In this document: positions 37,470 to 53,089 of the stretch, in pieces
Layout: each line of letters begins with the position of its first letter
How positions within the stretch are numbered: the stretch's first letter is position 1
Assembly (NCBI GenBank): GCA_965113315.1
Contig: OZ220374.1
Strand: one strand, 5' to 3'
Length of the DNA: 64,000 bases
From: Podarcis vaucheri
Taxonomy: Eukaryota
The notes under the pieces: model-generated
Told to the model about the DNA's origin: nothing
The model's database searches: none
The model's input: the letters and a program-made list of their open reading frames with translations, nothing else
Position numbers and translations under genes: made by a program

Positions 37470-40400
37470 CAACAGACAGCAGGACTTTCCTTTATTACTG
37501 CATAGTGGTGTTTAGAATAAACAACCAGCAGTGAGATTCCCCCCCCCCCCATTTTTATTTTGTATTGCCACTGTAGTTAAGTATGGGTGGACTTATAGAG
37601 ACAATCCCTTTTCAGAGTAAAGGGTTGTAAACTCTGTGTTACATCATTTAAGGCAATAGACCTGGTTTTGCTGAAAGGCATTTACACATGTTCCCTTTTG
37701 AATGCTAGATATATAGTCCATCGTTTCCTTTGTCTCCAAGAGCAGGGGGAGAACACTTCTCAACACATTTCTCAATAACATAGCAGCAACTCTGTTATAT
37801 GCTTCATAGATGAATAATATTTGTCGGGGTATTATTATTTTTTATTGCCAGATTTTTGTTGTGGTGGTTTGGTTTAGTTTAGCCCTAAGAACTGGAAAGT
37901 CTGTAGAGCCATATCAAATGGGAAATAGAATTTCTCTTTCATTTCAGGTTAAATTGAAAAATTATATATGTCCACTGCTACTTACTAAGAGGTATTTTAC
38001 AGAGAGGACAAAGAGACATTCCTAAATCCAACAATTTGTGCTGAACACCACAAGCCATGTGCTCCAAGGCATTCCAGCTAAAGGCAATGGGATTGCTCTG
38101 AAGCAATTTAACTGGGTTGTGTATATGGAGTTTGACCATCAGTCATACTCTAATAAGAATCCACTGGACCAGTTGGAATTGTTAATTTGTACAAAGGAAA
38201 ATACCTAGCAGAATTGCAGGCCTCCCTCTTTATCCTTGGATCTCCCCCCCCCCCACCCTCAAAAAACAAAAACAGCTTTCACTGCCAACCATGAAGCAAT
38301 AGGTCTTCCTGCCGGTCTTGAAGTGAGATGGACATGTGATTATATTTAGGATTTTGGAGTATTATTTGGTGGATCGGTTTCTCTCCTGCCCCCTGCCTCC
38401 AATGCAATTCTTTGGACAAAACTAGGCTAAAAAGCTGCGCCTTATGAAGCCTTTGGCTCAACACTGTTCATTCTGCAGCTTCTGGAAAGTGCAGCTAGCG
38501 AGTAACTGAGGTGTCGACAAAGCACAATTAAAAATAAAAAGTGTCTCAGACGTCTGAAAGTACCACAGAGTCAACAATGTGGTGCTTCAGTCCCCATCAG
38601 GGTTGAAAAACTTCCCCTGTTCTCTCTCTGCCATTTTCTATGGAAGGGCCAAAGTGGTGACGAGTCTGCAGGCCCCATGGAGTGGAGAAGAGGCCACTTT
38701 GGGATGGGCAGAGGCATGTTTGACACGGGGTGGGGGTGGAGAGCTCTGGAACCCGGCCTCTAATGGCAGGATGATTTTGCCATGAATAATAGTGGAGTGG
38801 GGGGGGAGCATTGGCAAATCACCCCGCAGCTTGCTAAAGAAGTCAGAGTGGGTGCCTGAGGCTGGGAGACTTACGCAAACTAAGTATGGCCTTTTGGAGT
38901 GACATAAGGCTGTAATTTGTGCAGCTCCAGACACAGACTAGCCTATAGCAACATATCTCCCTCCCCCATTTTGAGACCATCAGATTTTAACAGAGCAAGT
39001 TAAATAAGTAATATACCACCATGACTGATGATTGCAACTGCCCGACCTGACGTGAAAAACGTATGTGTATATCTGTTACGTGTGCATATACACAACACAC
39101 ACACATATATCCTGCAGGTATTTCTTACAAGGAGTGGAAAACCCTTACTCATTTATTTCTCTCTCCATGTGTTTAAAAAGAAGATCAAATTAGCTAATGT
39201 CTGCTTAGAAGATGGGGGGGGGGGCGTTATCACCAGGGGCAGGAATTTAAAGACCTTAAGGAACAACAACAAAACAAGCCAAGGATTTCCATCTTAAAAA
39301 CATTGGCTCTGAGGCCCAGGGCGAAACATTTCAAATGCTGATTTCTTTTGTGATTTAGTAGAAATCATTATGTTGAGATTCTTCTATAGGTGAAATCCTT
39401 GAGAATTTGAATTTAGAAAGAGAATCTGTTGGCATATAAATGCTAAATTGGTGAGAAAGAAATTGCCCAGGAGCTGGCAGTCAATCCCAAAGTGCTGATT
39501 CAGCAACTCTGTGTCAATACTTTCTCAGCCTTTAAACTTTTGGCTAAAATCTATTTAGCTTCCCTTCCCTGCTGTCTTCCACCAACATGCAACAGCACTG
39601 ACAACTGCCTCACACTTGTTTGTTTTTATATCACAGTTTTATAAAGAAACAGCAACCAGCCTCTGGAAGCAGAAGTCCTTCCAATCAAATCCCTACACTT
39701 TTCTCACACAGACACAGACATTCCCTCTCGCAGAAGAGTCGGAAATGAGCGAGGAACCCTACAATAAGTATAAAATCATCGTCGCTTTTTTTAAAACAGT
39801 GTTTTAATTGAAAATAAAGCTAAAGCATGCTTTTTCCAACAGTGCAAATTTCCATCATTTTGATTTACTGCTTCCATCATCACAACATATTACACCAGCA
39901 TGTCTTACCAAAGGCTCGACTCTAGAAGTCTGCCTGCTTCAACTCTGTCGAGGTTTAAGTGCAAATATAGACAATTGCCTCTGATTGTCACGTGCAGTAG
40001 AAAATGATCCTGCTACAAAGATAGGGTGGTTGGGGAAAGTCCTCTTTTTTTCTTTTCTTTCCAGAGATGTAAAGAAAACAGTGACAAGTCCTGGTTTAAA
40101 AAGCCTGAGTTTAGGTGCCAAAGTAGCCACCAAGAGTATGGGGTTCTTCATTGATAATATCCCTTCCACTGGGCCCTCTGTTGCACTTAGCATGCTGAAT
40201 GTGACTGCATTTCCTTCCGATTCCCTCCAATGGGAGTGTGAGAACCTAACATTTTTTCCTGACTTTGCAAATCTGGGAGGACCAGATTTTGAGAACATCC
40301 CCCCCCCCACACACACAAACCTGCAAACCTTCCAATAGAAACACAGCTCCAACCCAGTCCCACAACAAAACCTAATGATTGGAAGGCCCCCTCCTTGAGA

Positions 40401-41399
40401 GTAAAATTTACTGGGAGGCAAATCCCATTGAACGTGGGGTAGAGCAGCTTCCGAGCAAATGTACACTGGTTTGGCTGGGTTGAGTACTGTAGCCGAGATA
40501 GGCAATCGTGGCCAACCTGAAGGGTTCAAGGTGAAATAAGAAGGCAAAGAGTGGCATGTCCTTTTTTAGTCTCTCTTTTTTTCGTCCTAAAAAAATGCCC
40601 GACCATCTAATTCCAACTCTCCCACTGGTGACCCGGAGACACACGCACACTCCCAACTGCAGAGTGCAACTTCTTTTGTGGAAAGGACAGGTGGGGAATT
40701 AAAACATAACAATGAACCCTCTGCAATAAAGTAGAAGGCATTCCCAGCAGAAGGATAGTGAATTCTCCCTGTGCAACCTCTTGCTGAAAACAAAACGAAA
40801 CAAAAAACCTTGTACGGAACTGAACATTTAGACTTCCTGAATTCGAAATCTAGTGCATTTACACGTTAATGGCTCATTCGAATTGTTATCATTCAACTTA
40901 AAAAAAAAAACATAAACCAAACATTTATTTGTAGCAGTTGGAATTGAGGTACCAGGTGCATTTTGAGACAGTAAAGTGTTCCAGCTTTAGCAGATTCCAC
41001 TGAGGTGGTTTTTTTGTTTGTTGTGTGGTGTGTGTGTTTTTAATAAACTTGGAAAACTTTCGCCTGAAGTAGTCTGTGGAATGTTAGACCTCTTTCGTCC
41101 TCCTCCTTGTCGTCGTCCCCCTCCCTTCCCCCCACGATGGGTTTTCATGGCAAAGAAAATAGTAATCCGGTTTTATTTTCGTCGTCCTCCAAAAATAGAA
41201 TAAACCAGGATTCCCCCACGCCATAAAAAAAAATCAAAATCAAATCGGATGTGATGAGGGGCGGGACCAGCATCCAGGGTAAGATTCTCGAAGGTCAGGA
41301 AAAGAAGTAGTTGGGGTCCCCCCCAAAAAATGAAAACAGACCAACAACACAACAGCAACAACAACGACCATGAAGTAGGGTTCCCATTCAATCTCTCTC
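37470..41399 (-). other. SKIDA1: SKIDA1 3'UTR with candidate poly(A) signals at 40924-40929 (AATAAA), 39803-39808 (ATTAAA) and 37491-37496 (AATAAA)
   Basis: The hexamers are read on the minus strand. The 40924 and 37491 signals are followed by U/GU-rich sequence. The region is CpG-depleted relative to its flanks. Confidence 0.5.
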
Positions 41400-44275
<2,876 letters not shown>

Positions 44276-44350
44276 CTGGAGGGAAAAGAACAAAGCCTGT
44301 TATACCCGATCAAACTTTAGGCGGGGGGCGGGGGGGGAGATGTTGGAATC

Positions 44351-44353
<3 letters not shown>

Positions 44354-44433
<80 letters not shown>
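44354..44433. repeat. (GA)n(GAAA)n compound polypurine microsatellite
   Basis: Directly visible. Confidence 0.95.
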
Positions 44434-44434
<1 letters not shown>

Positions 44435-44689
44435 GGGACTGAGCGCTATAGGGAGGGGATTTTTAAAAAATCCAGGTCCTGGAAAACTGCCTTAGGGGAT
44501 TGGGCGGGAGCGATGGGCTCGCTTGCCCCCGGTGTTTCTCGACGGCACTGAGGCAGGCTGGCTACCTGTGCCCTTTGGCTGGCGGCTTCCCCCCACTGCC
44601 CAGCCAGGATAAAGGAATGTGAGCCAAAGGGGGCTGTGCGGAGACGAGCCGAGCCACGCAGCCGCTCTTCCCGCCGCTGCTTTCGCTCC

Positions 44690-44805
44690 AAATCAAATGA
44701 CAGAGGGAAGTGAGCTGGTCCGGAGACACCTTCATCAATTAATTCCCCTCAAGCCAGCGCTGATTGGACACTCCTGACAGGTGATGCAATAAAAATTGAT
44801 ATTCC
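44690..44805. promoter_or_regulatory. TALE/HOX-site-rich element in the SKIDA1 5'UTR intron
   Basis: TGACAG 44698-44703, CATCAATTAA 44733-44742, TGATTGG 44761-44767, TGACAGG 44775-44781, GCAATAAAA 44786-44794. Confidence 0.55.
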
Positions 44806-45356
44806 ACCCCCTTCGCAGCTCCCCCCCCCTCCAAATCTCTGGCTAATTAGCATACTCTTAGGCTCCTGCCTCCCCTCCCAAAGTAAATAATACTGTTAGT
44901 ATATAAATCTTTCTATTAAACAATCCGGAGCTCCCAGCCAGCCCACAGCTCGCTCTCGGCGGCGCTGGCGACTGAAGGACCGGGTTTGGAAGCCCTCGGT
45001 GACACGGGTTTTGTTTTATTTTTTGAAACAAAGATAAGAAATAAATGGAATTTGGAAACCTTCTTGGGGTTATTTAGTGGGGATAAAGTGCGGGGGTGGG
45101 GAGGACAGAAAGCTGTTTCCCCCACGATACGAATTCTGTGGCTGTAAAGATTGGAAGGGGGAGCTTTTAAGTAACCATTTTAAAGGGGCGCTTATTCTGC
45201 AATGCGTGTCAAAAGGAGGGTTCCTCAACTGGTATTCCCCTTCCTTTGGCTTGCAAGCATAGTTAAACAAAACAAAACAAAACAAAAAACCCCTGGGGTT
45301 TGTCTGACGTTATTTTGTATATTTCTGTGAACGACTCGGAAAACGAGAATACTCAC

Positions 45357-45850
45357 GTTCGCTAGCTTAAGTCCCTTCTTTTCCTCTTTCTCCTGGTCTT
45401 TCTCTCTCACTCTCACTCTTTCCGATAGCTAAGTTGGTGCTACTGGGGGTGGGTGGGAATTATTTAGGGCTGCGTGGTTATCCTGAGCTCCAGCCCCGCA
45501 ATACTGTAACACTTTTCTCTGAAATTCTGCCTGTAATATTGGGGGGTGGGGGAGGGGGAGAGGAGGGGGAGAGGAGGAGGTTGGAAGAGAGAGGGGGAAG
45601 AGAGAGAGAGAGAGATCGGGACGCGGGCTCACGTCAGACCCATAACAAAGCCGAGATAAGCCAGCAGCAAGGTCTCTACTTTTCCACAGTTCCCCCGTGC
45701 TAGCTCCCAAGGTGGAGGGAGTCCCCCCTCCGGTCCGCGCGTCCACGCCAGGATCGCCTGCGTGTTGATTGCTTCCAGCAGGGGGAAAAAGATGGCAACA
45801 GAGCCGAGAGGAAAGCTTGGAGAAGGAGGAGGAGGAAGGAGGGTGGAGGG
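45357..45850 (-). other. SKIDA1: Probable SKIDA1 non-coding 5' exon / proximal promoter
   Basis: Consensus minus-strand donor AAC|gtgagt (intron starts at 45356). The region is CpG-rich and has a YY1-like GCCATCTT at about 45790. The 5' boundary is a guess. Confidence 0.45.
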
Positions 45851-48143
45851 AGGGAGGAGGAAGGGGAAGATTGCAATGGGTCACAGGGATGCTTCTGACT
45901 TCTAGGGTGCCACCCTCGCTAGAACTTCCCTGGAGGCTGAGGGTTCTTTCCCTCCCCCTCCCCCCTACCTGCGGTCCAGACGATGAGACTGCACCCCCCT
46001 CCCCACCGCTGGAATAGTAAATTCACTGAAGGTGTCTGGGTGTAAGGGGTTTCCTATTCACACGTTCGGTGTCTGAATGTGGGTGCGGGAAAGAGGCTTG
46101 CCCCTCCCCCCCGCACACTTCCATCGCTCTATAGAAAAGGCTCTCCCCCCCCCTTACAATTCCAACTTTCACCTTTTCCAAGTGGCGGCCAAATATTTTC
46201 GGCTCCGTGGACAAAAGAGGGGTGGGAAATAAGGCCCAGCCCACGAAAAACCTATACTGTCTTATTGGGGGGGGGGTGTTTGAGTGTATTATTCCCCCCC
46301 TCCAAGCCCTTCCGTCTTTCAGATCTATCCCAACCCAACGGCAAAATGACCAGCAGCCCGGCCCTATTCCCCGCATCTAAGCGGCTGAAGCCCCAGTCGA
46401 GCCGGAGTCGAATCGGCGTCGATCCAAATCCTGCTAGTCCGCGGGGTTGCGGTGGATCGCAGTCGCTAATCGATTCACGCCGAATTCCAGCCAGAAGCAC
46501 AAAGTGGCTGTGTCTTTGCAGAGAGGAGCTGGCGGCCAGAGCCAAAATGAAATGCATCCCTGTGCTCCAGGAAAACCACTGGGATTCCTCAGACGAAGAA
46601 ACAGGGTGTGTGTGTGTGTGTTGGGCGGGGGGGGGGGGGCGGAAGGTAAGAAGAAGATGGCCTGTCTTCGAAGGCCATGTGCCCCACTGATATAGATTCC
46701 CATAGCCCTATGCCCCATAATATGAGCGGCTGCAGAATAATTACGCCGGAACTGGGAAAACGAATAAGCAAGTCCACCAACAGAGCTCAGCAGTCCAGTC
46801 CCGTCCCCACAAAAAAAACCTCATCCTGTCCCGTCCCCCCCCCCCAAAAAAATCCCCTCCTCTTGCTTTTTTTGGTGTGTGTTGATGATTCATTTTCACG
46901 GTCGTTGTGCATGACTAGGTAAAATTCAGCCGGCGATTTCTCTCTCTTCCAACCGCCCCCCTCCTAGCTCCCATGGTGAGGACTGAAGGGCCAAGGGGTG
47001 CTGGCGAGCGCCCGCAAATCAAGCAAGTCCGTGGCCTCGCCTCGCAACTCAGCCCGGGCTTGTGCAAGCCGTGGAGCTCGGCTGCTGCTCGCCAGACAGA
47101 AGGCGACACAACTTGCACGGAGTGACTTCTTCCCTCCGAGCTCCAAGGCCCGGTTCCCTCNNNNNNNNNNNNNNNNNNNNNNNNNNNNNNNNNNNNNNNN
47201 NNNNNNNNNNNNNNNNNNNNNNNNNNNNNNNNNNNNNNNNNNNNNNNNNNNNNNNNNNNNNNNNNNNNNNNNNNNNNNNNNNNNNNNNNNNNNNNNNNNN
47301 NNNNNNNNNNNNNNCTCAAGGAACATCATTCCTATATATGTGTGGGTGTGATTATATATAATGTTATATATTATAGATCTCCCTTGAGACAAGAGCGAAA
47401 AGGAGAGCCCGGTCCAGGGTCTCGTGATAGCACAGCCCTTCCAAGGCAATCGAAAGGCGGTGGCGAACAATGAATGGAAGGCTCCTCGCAGCCCCAGTTG
47501 AGCTCCGCATCTGGCTGCCTTCGCCTGGGCTCGTTCCTCTTCCCCCTCGCGCAGGAGACATCGCCTCTCATTCTGGAGCTGCAAAGCAAAGTTTGGAGGG
47601 GAAACAGCTGCCTGACGGTTTTATTTTGTGTGTGGGGGTGTGTGGGGGGTGTAGAATGAAGCGAGGAAGAGGGAAATAAAGCGGTATCAGCTTTTGTAGG
47701 GTTAAGCAATGGGGACCTTTCAGACCCCTCTGTTCTCGGTCTCCTATTCCCCAGGATGGCAGCCGTCGTCTCGTGCCCCCCACTCCCGGCACACACACAT
47801 CCCCACCCAGCGCTGCTCCTCCCCCTCCTCCTCCTATTTTGATGCTGAAGGTGATGGCATCCCTGACAGGCCGATCCACAAAGTAAATGAAGCCCGAGGT
47901 ATTGGCTTTAAAGTTCCGGCGGATGCCTCGCTGTTTTGTCTATTTCGCAAAGTTGAGTTCTAAAGTCGTGGCTCGGTTACTTTTAGGTTCCCAATTGGCA
48001 CAGGCTATACAACCAAGTCACACACACACACACACACACGCCCCTTGCAAAGGGTGGTGTACTCCGGAGTAAAGAGGTTGTGGGGATCTCAGCCACAAAA
48101 CAAGCGCATCCAGGCACAGAGACAGAGCCACATCCATTCTGCC

Positions 48144-48150
<7 letters not shown>

Positions 48151-48201
<51 letters not shown>
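48151..48201. repeat. (CT)n(CA)n compound microsatellite; same type at 35285-35334; (AG)n at 49692-49727
   Basis: Directly visible. Confidence 0.9.
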
Positions 48202-49688
48202 GACTACAGTCGTCTGCTTCTTTGGCTTCTTCAAGCTGGGTCCCCAGTTTTTGTTTGCTTTAAACATCGACGTTAAAAGCAACAAAATGGGGTGTGTGTG
48301 CTTTAAATAGCTGCTTTTCTTTAGCAAATCGACATTTCTACCAAGGTACAACGTTAATTCTCTATTTGAAAAAAAAAATCGTGGTAACAACTGTGTGTGT
48401 GTGTAGGACTAGATCAGTTAATAAACAAATAAACACACACACACCAAGACAGAGATCTTAAGGAAATATTCAATACACATGGGAAAGGCACACTGGAGTC
48501 GAGTTGAAACTCCCCCACCAGATTCCCTCCCGCAGCCTTTTGTTCCTTGAAACTTCTCCATCTTGAGTTTGCGGGGGGTGGGGGAGGGGAGGAACCTGCC
48601 AGTTTTCTTGTGGTCATCAAAACACACCGCTGCATATCCGGGATCTTCCTTACGCACTTCGGGAGTCGATCCTCGTTTCCACAACTCCTCGCGGACCGAG
48701 GACCCTCTCTGGAAGCAAAAGGAAGGCCGAGGAGGTTTTTCCAGTGGATTCGCAGGCAGGCATACCGAAGCTAGCAACAGTTTTGCAGTTTCAGATTATT
48801 AACGTGAGAACGCTCCCTCCAAAACACACAGCCACACACGCTGGGGGAGCGGATAGATATTGGGGTGTGTGAAAATAAGGTGCCTGTTGTCGGTGGTGGT
48901 CAAAATTATGCGAGACTTTACTCATTTCCCTGAGTGAACAACAGACGCCGGCAGCGTTCATAGAGGAAAATCAAAGGCAGTACAATTTCTCGACCCTGCC
49001 ACTGAGTCCGCCTCTCCAGTCCAGCTACGGGGGATTCCTTGAATTCAAATGCAATTTTAAGCACGCTTTCGGGGCGGGATGGGGGGGGGGACACCCTAAT
49101 TAAACGGAGTGGAACTTCCTTCCAAGTAAACGTGCTTTGGCTTGGACTACTAGGCTGCAATCCTAAAACGCTTAGTTGGAAGCAAGTTGCTCTGCAACCC
49201 GCGGGACTTATTTTTCCAAATACCAGGAAGATCTCTGTATGTTTGCAAATCCTGCCGAAGGATTTAGGAATAAATCTCTGCACAGCGAAAAAGAGTTAGG
49301 TTCACTGCATTGTGAATCTGGTTGTGTGTGTTTTTGTGGGGTGGGAGGGTGTGTGTTTTACCTGAGGCTGAAATGTGGCCTTCTTTTTCTTTCTGGCGAA
49401 ACAGATAAGGCTACCGGTGGATCCATATACCAGTTAGACGAGGAAATACTTGGATTTTAGGTCGTCTTGCAGCCTGGAAAACCTTTAAGTGAAAGTCTTC
49501 GAATTTAAGCTGATTTAGTGACACTGATTTCAGGCATCAGTCCCGGTAGTTATGAATGGGACGCGGTGGAATTAATGGGATCAATAATTCGAAAATCAAT
49601 TAGATTGAATCGGGTTCAGCCTTTGGACAACAATTCAACTGGGTTGTGAATAGCGAGAACGCTCATGAGACATTTTCCTCTTCTCACC

Positions 49689-49732
<44 letters not shown>

Positions 49733-52700
49733 AATCAAATGTGCTCCTTTTCCCATCGAGTAGCCCCAGTCTGTAAGGTATACCCTACCTTAGATAGGAT
49801 TTCTTTACCTTAGATGATATTTCAGTCTGAAGCACTCTTGGCGAACGACAAACCTAATTAGAAAATAACGAGGAAAAATAATATTCCTCACCCAATGCTG
49901 TAAACCTATTCCCATTGATCTCAGATTGCATAGTTGTTGTTTTTACTCTGTAGTATTAAAAATATATAGAAGCTCCCTTGTATCGCTGCTTTTTTTTGGG
50001 AAAGGGGGGTTTACTGGGAGATGAGTGTGTCTGCGTTTGAGAGAGGGGGGGTATATATTTGAAAACGCCCTCTGAGGTTGTGCTTTGATATATTTTCATT
50101 GTATTATCATGACTATGTTTAAACAGCCCTGCAATCCAGGCTGACCTCTTATTTCTGGGGCAAGTCACTCAGAGCACCATTTACAGCCCTTTAAATGTTT
50201 ACTTGTGAAATGCAACAGCACTTTAAGCTTCTATTTTCACGAGGTCCTCGAATTCTCCGTATCCTGGTGCATTTTCACACTACAACAGCCACCTCCAGAC
50301 TATTTTATTCTTGGTTAAAACCCTTTCCCGATTGGCACAGCTTATTATTCGAGGGTTATTCTGCATATAATTGTTATAATCATTATTATTTTATTTCAGA
50401 GGTAAAAATATATCATTTCCCAGCCTAAATTAGATTTTCAGAATTGGTGCACTGCCTGTAGTCCCCCCTATAATATATCCAGGGCGGATTGGGGGAGGGG
50501 AAGAAACAGTTGGGGAATATGGCAAAGGGACCAAAACCTGTCAAAAGGGTCATTCAGCTCCCCATATTATTCAGCCAAACGTAAGTGCAGACTTTAAAAA
50601 AACCCTCCACATACACTTATTTTAAAAAGGACAAGCATAGACACCTTTTGACACATTACAGCAATACCCAGTATAGTTAAAGGCTTTGCGTGGTGTGAGG
50701 GACACTCCAAGACCCATAGCTGAGTTCCTGCAACACATCACATTGTGAGTTATATCTCTGTAAACAGAGCAACAATTTATAGTGCTGCTGAGGGCTGCTT
50801 TGTTTTCTCACATGGACATATCTTCTTGCTTTGCAAATATCAGGAAAAGAGGTTCTCTTCTCTTTCGTCAAATTTTCCCCTAGAAACTTCGCTCATCCTT
50901 GTTGTTTTTAAACCTCACTTTTAAAGAAGAGGTTTTTTGGGACACAAACTGCCTGCCATGTTGCCTACTGACCCATAATCAAAATGCAGTGACCTCCTAC
51001 CCTTTTTTTGCCCCTTGACCCATCCCGAATTCAATGCAGCCTTTATAAATTTGCAAATCCTTGGACGTAAAGGGGGATTTGGGGAGGCTTTGTTCTGCGA
51101 GGATCCTAAAAGTGTGCATTTTTAATTAGACACAAAGGTGCAGTAAACAAAGACTCAGGGACACGCTGGTGTTTCTGACGTACAGGTGGGCAGAACCCCC
51201 CCCCCCACACGCCTGGACTCGATTGCAAAAGATATATTTCCCACCCCAAACGCCCCCTCCAAATTGCCGCCAAAAATAACGCTCCAAAAATTGAAGCAAG
51301 CAGCAAAAGGCAATTACAAACGCACACGAGATCCAAAGGGTTAGGGATTGCACCAAATTAGCAATGTGGTACAAATCACTTTCATGACGCCAGGCCAGAG
51401 TCTTCCAGCGTTCCTCATCTCTAAGGACTGTGGGGATCCTGATGACCCGGGGAGGGGGAGAGAGCGAGAGGGAGGGAGAGGGACGGAGAGAGATTTGATC
51501 TGAAGCTACAGGCACATTCCCTTATCTCCCTAGCTATCAGCCAGTTTAAAGGACACCATAATTACGATTGCGATAAAAGCAAGACAATGCCTGCCTATTT
51601 GGGCTGAATAAATAAGGAATGTTTACAACTGTAGAATGTTTCAGTGGCAATTAAAGGCTGGCAAAGAAAACCTCTCCTTCTGCCCTCAACCTTATTTACT
51701 CGGTTTTGCTTTTATTGCAATCTTTTCATTCCTTTCCTATGCAGCAGATCACCCTTTTAGAAGGGTGGTAAAGAGGAAATGGGGAGCGTTACATGAGGGA
51801 CAGAAAAGACACCAGAGACGCCTGCTCCATATTTGTTGTTATTTTTCTTCATTTCTCCAGTTGCACACAGAGAGCGAAACTTTCAGGTCAAGCCATAAAA
51901 GAGCCGGGACATCCAGCGCGGGGTTACAATATGGCGCTGAGGGGGCTATGCTCATTTCCACCCACAACCAAAACCCAAAGATGTTTGAGGGGCTTCAGAA
52001 GGTGTTGGTGGACAATCAGCGCCTTATTTCCTCTCATCCCCGGAAACCGAAAATCCACCTCATTTGCTAAGACACAAGGATCTATTCAACTATCCATTGT
52101 ATCAGCAAACCTCATCATAATCAGATTAAATGCAGGTTTGGACACTAATACCTGCGAGGCTGAGCATTAAACATCGCCTGGAGTATGCAGAAATCAGTGA
52201 ATGGGCTTCTTTTGCTCGCTTGATCATCGCGTTACCAAAATAGTAACACCAACAGCATTTCCTCTTAAAAACAAAACAAAAAACTGTTCCTCCTCCTCCG
52301 ACACATTTTCTCCCAGCTACAACCATAACCTAAACTTCTCAACCTCGTTTTCTACCGCCGGCTCATTTGTTTTTATTTCGAGATTCAAAACTTTTGCCAC
52401 ATGGGGTGAGAGCAACAAGGGTAGTGGGTTTCAAATGCAGGCAGGGATCGGCTTTTAACACATTCGCTCTTAAGGAATTAATAAAGTGCAAACTTTTTCT
52501 TTCTTTCACGTTAAACTCTCACCGGGGAAGGTTTCCTTATTTAAAGCTAAAGGGGGGGGGGCATGTGCGTATGTGCGTGTAGTGGCGGCGGCGGGGGGGC
52601 ATCCTAATGTATATTTGCAGCTCTCTGGCTAGTTCCAGGCCCCCTTTCCTTTTGAAAGTTTTAGACCTTCAATACCCTCGGATTCTACTGGCAGACTTAG

Positions 52701-53089
52701 GATGGCCTTGGAGGGTCCTAAACGTGACCATTCACTGAGGCGGGGGGCTACAGCTTGCAACAACGTGCTCGGCAACTTAATCTTGCCCCAAAATGGGAAG
52801 AGCGCGCAAAAGAACGGAATACAAACTCTCTCTACATCTCTAGTCCCTTTCTAAGGTGGATTGTGTATTTTGCAGCCGATGGGAACGTCTGGATTTCGCA
52901 GCAAAAAGGAGAGAAGGTAAGTGTTTTATCCTTGTAGCCGCCAGTTCGTGGAGAAACAATGCCAGAACAAAGGGGACCACTTCTCCCTCTGAAGCGTTTT
53001 GCATTTTCTTCCTCCATTTCTCATCGAGGAGACACTGGGGAGGGGGAAGGGAGAGGCGACTCGCACAACTTTTTCGCTTTTAGATAAGA

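Noticed and set aside
39939-40547. 202-codon minus-strand ORF, with a 117-codon antisense ORF, in the SKIDA1 3'UTR
   Set aside because: Non-ATG start, no recognisable domain, and it runs through simple-sequence and repeat-derived segments. Most likely chance.
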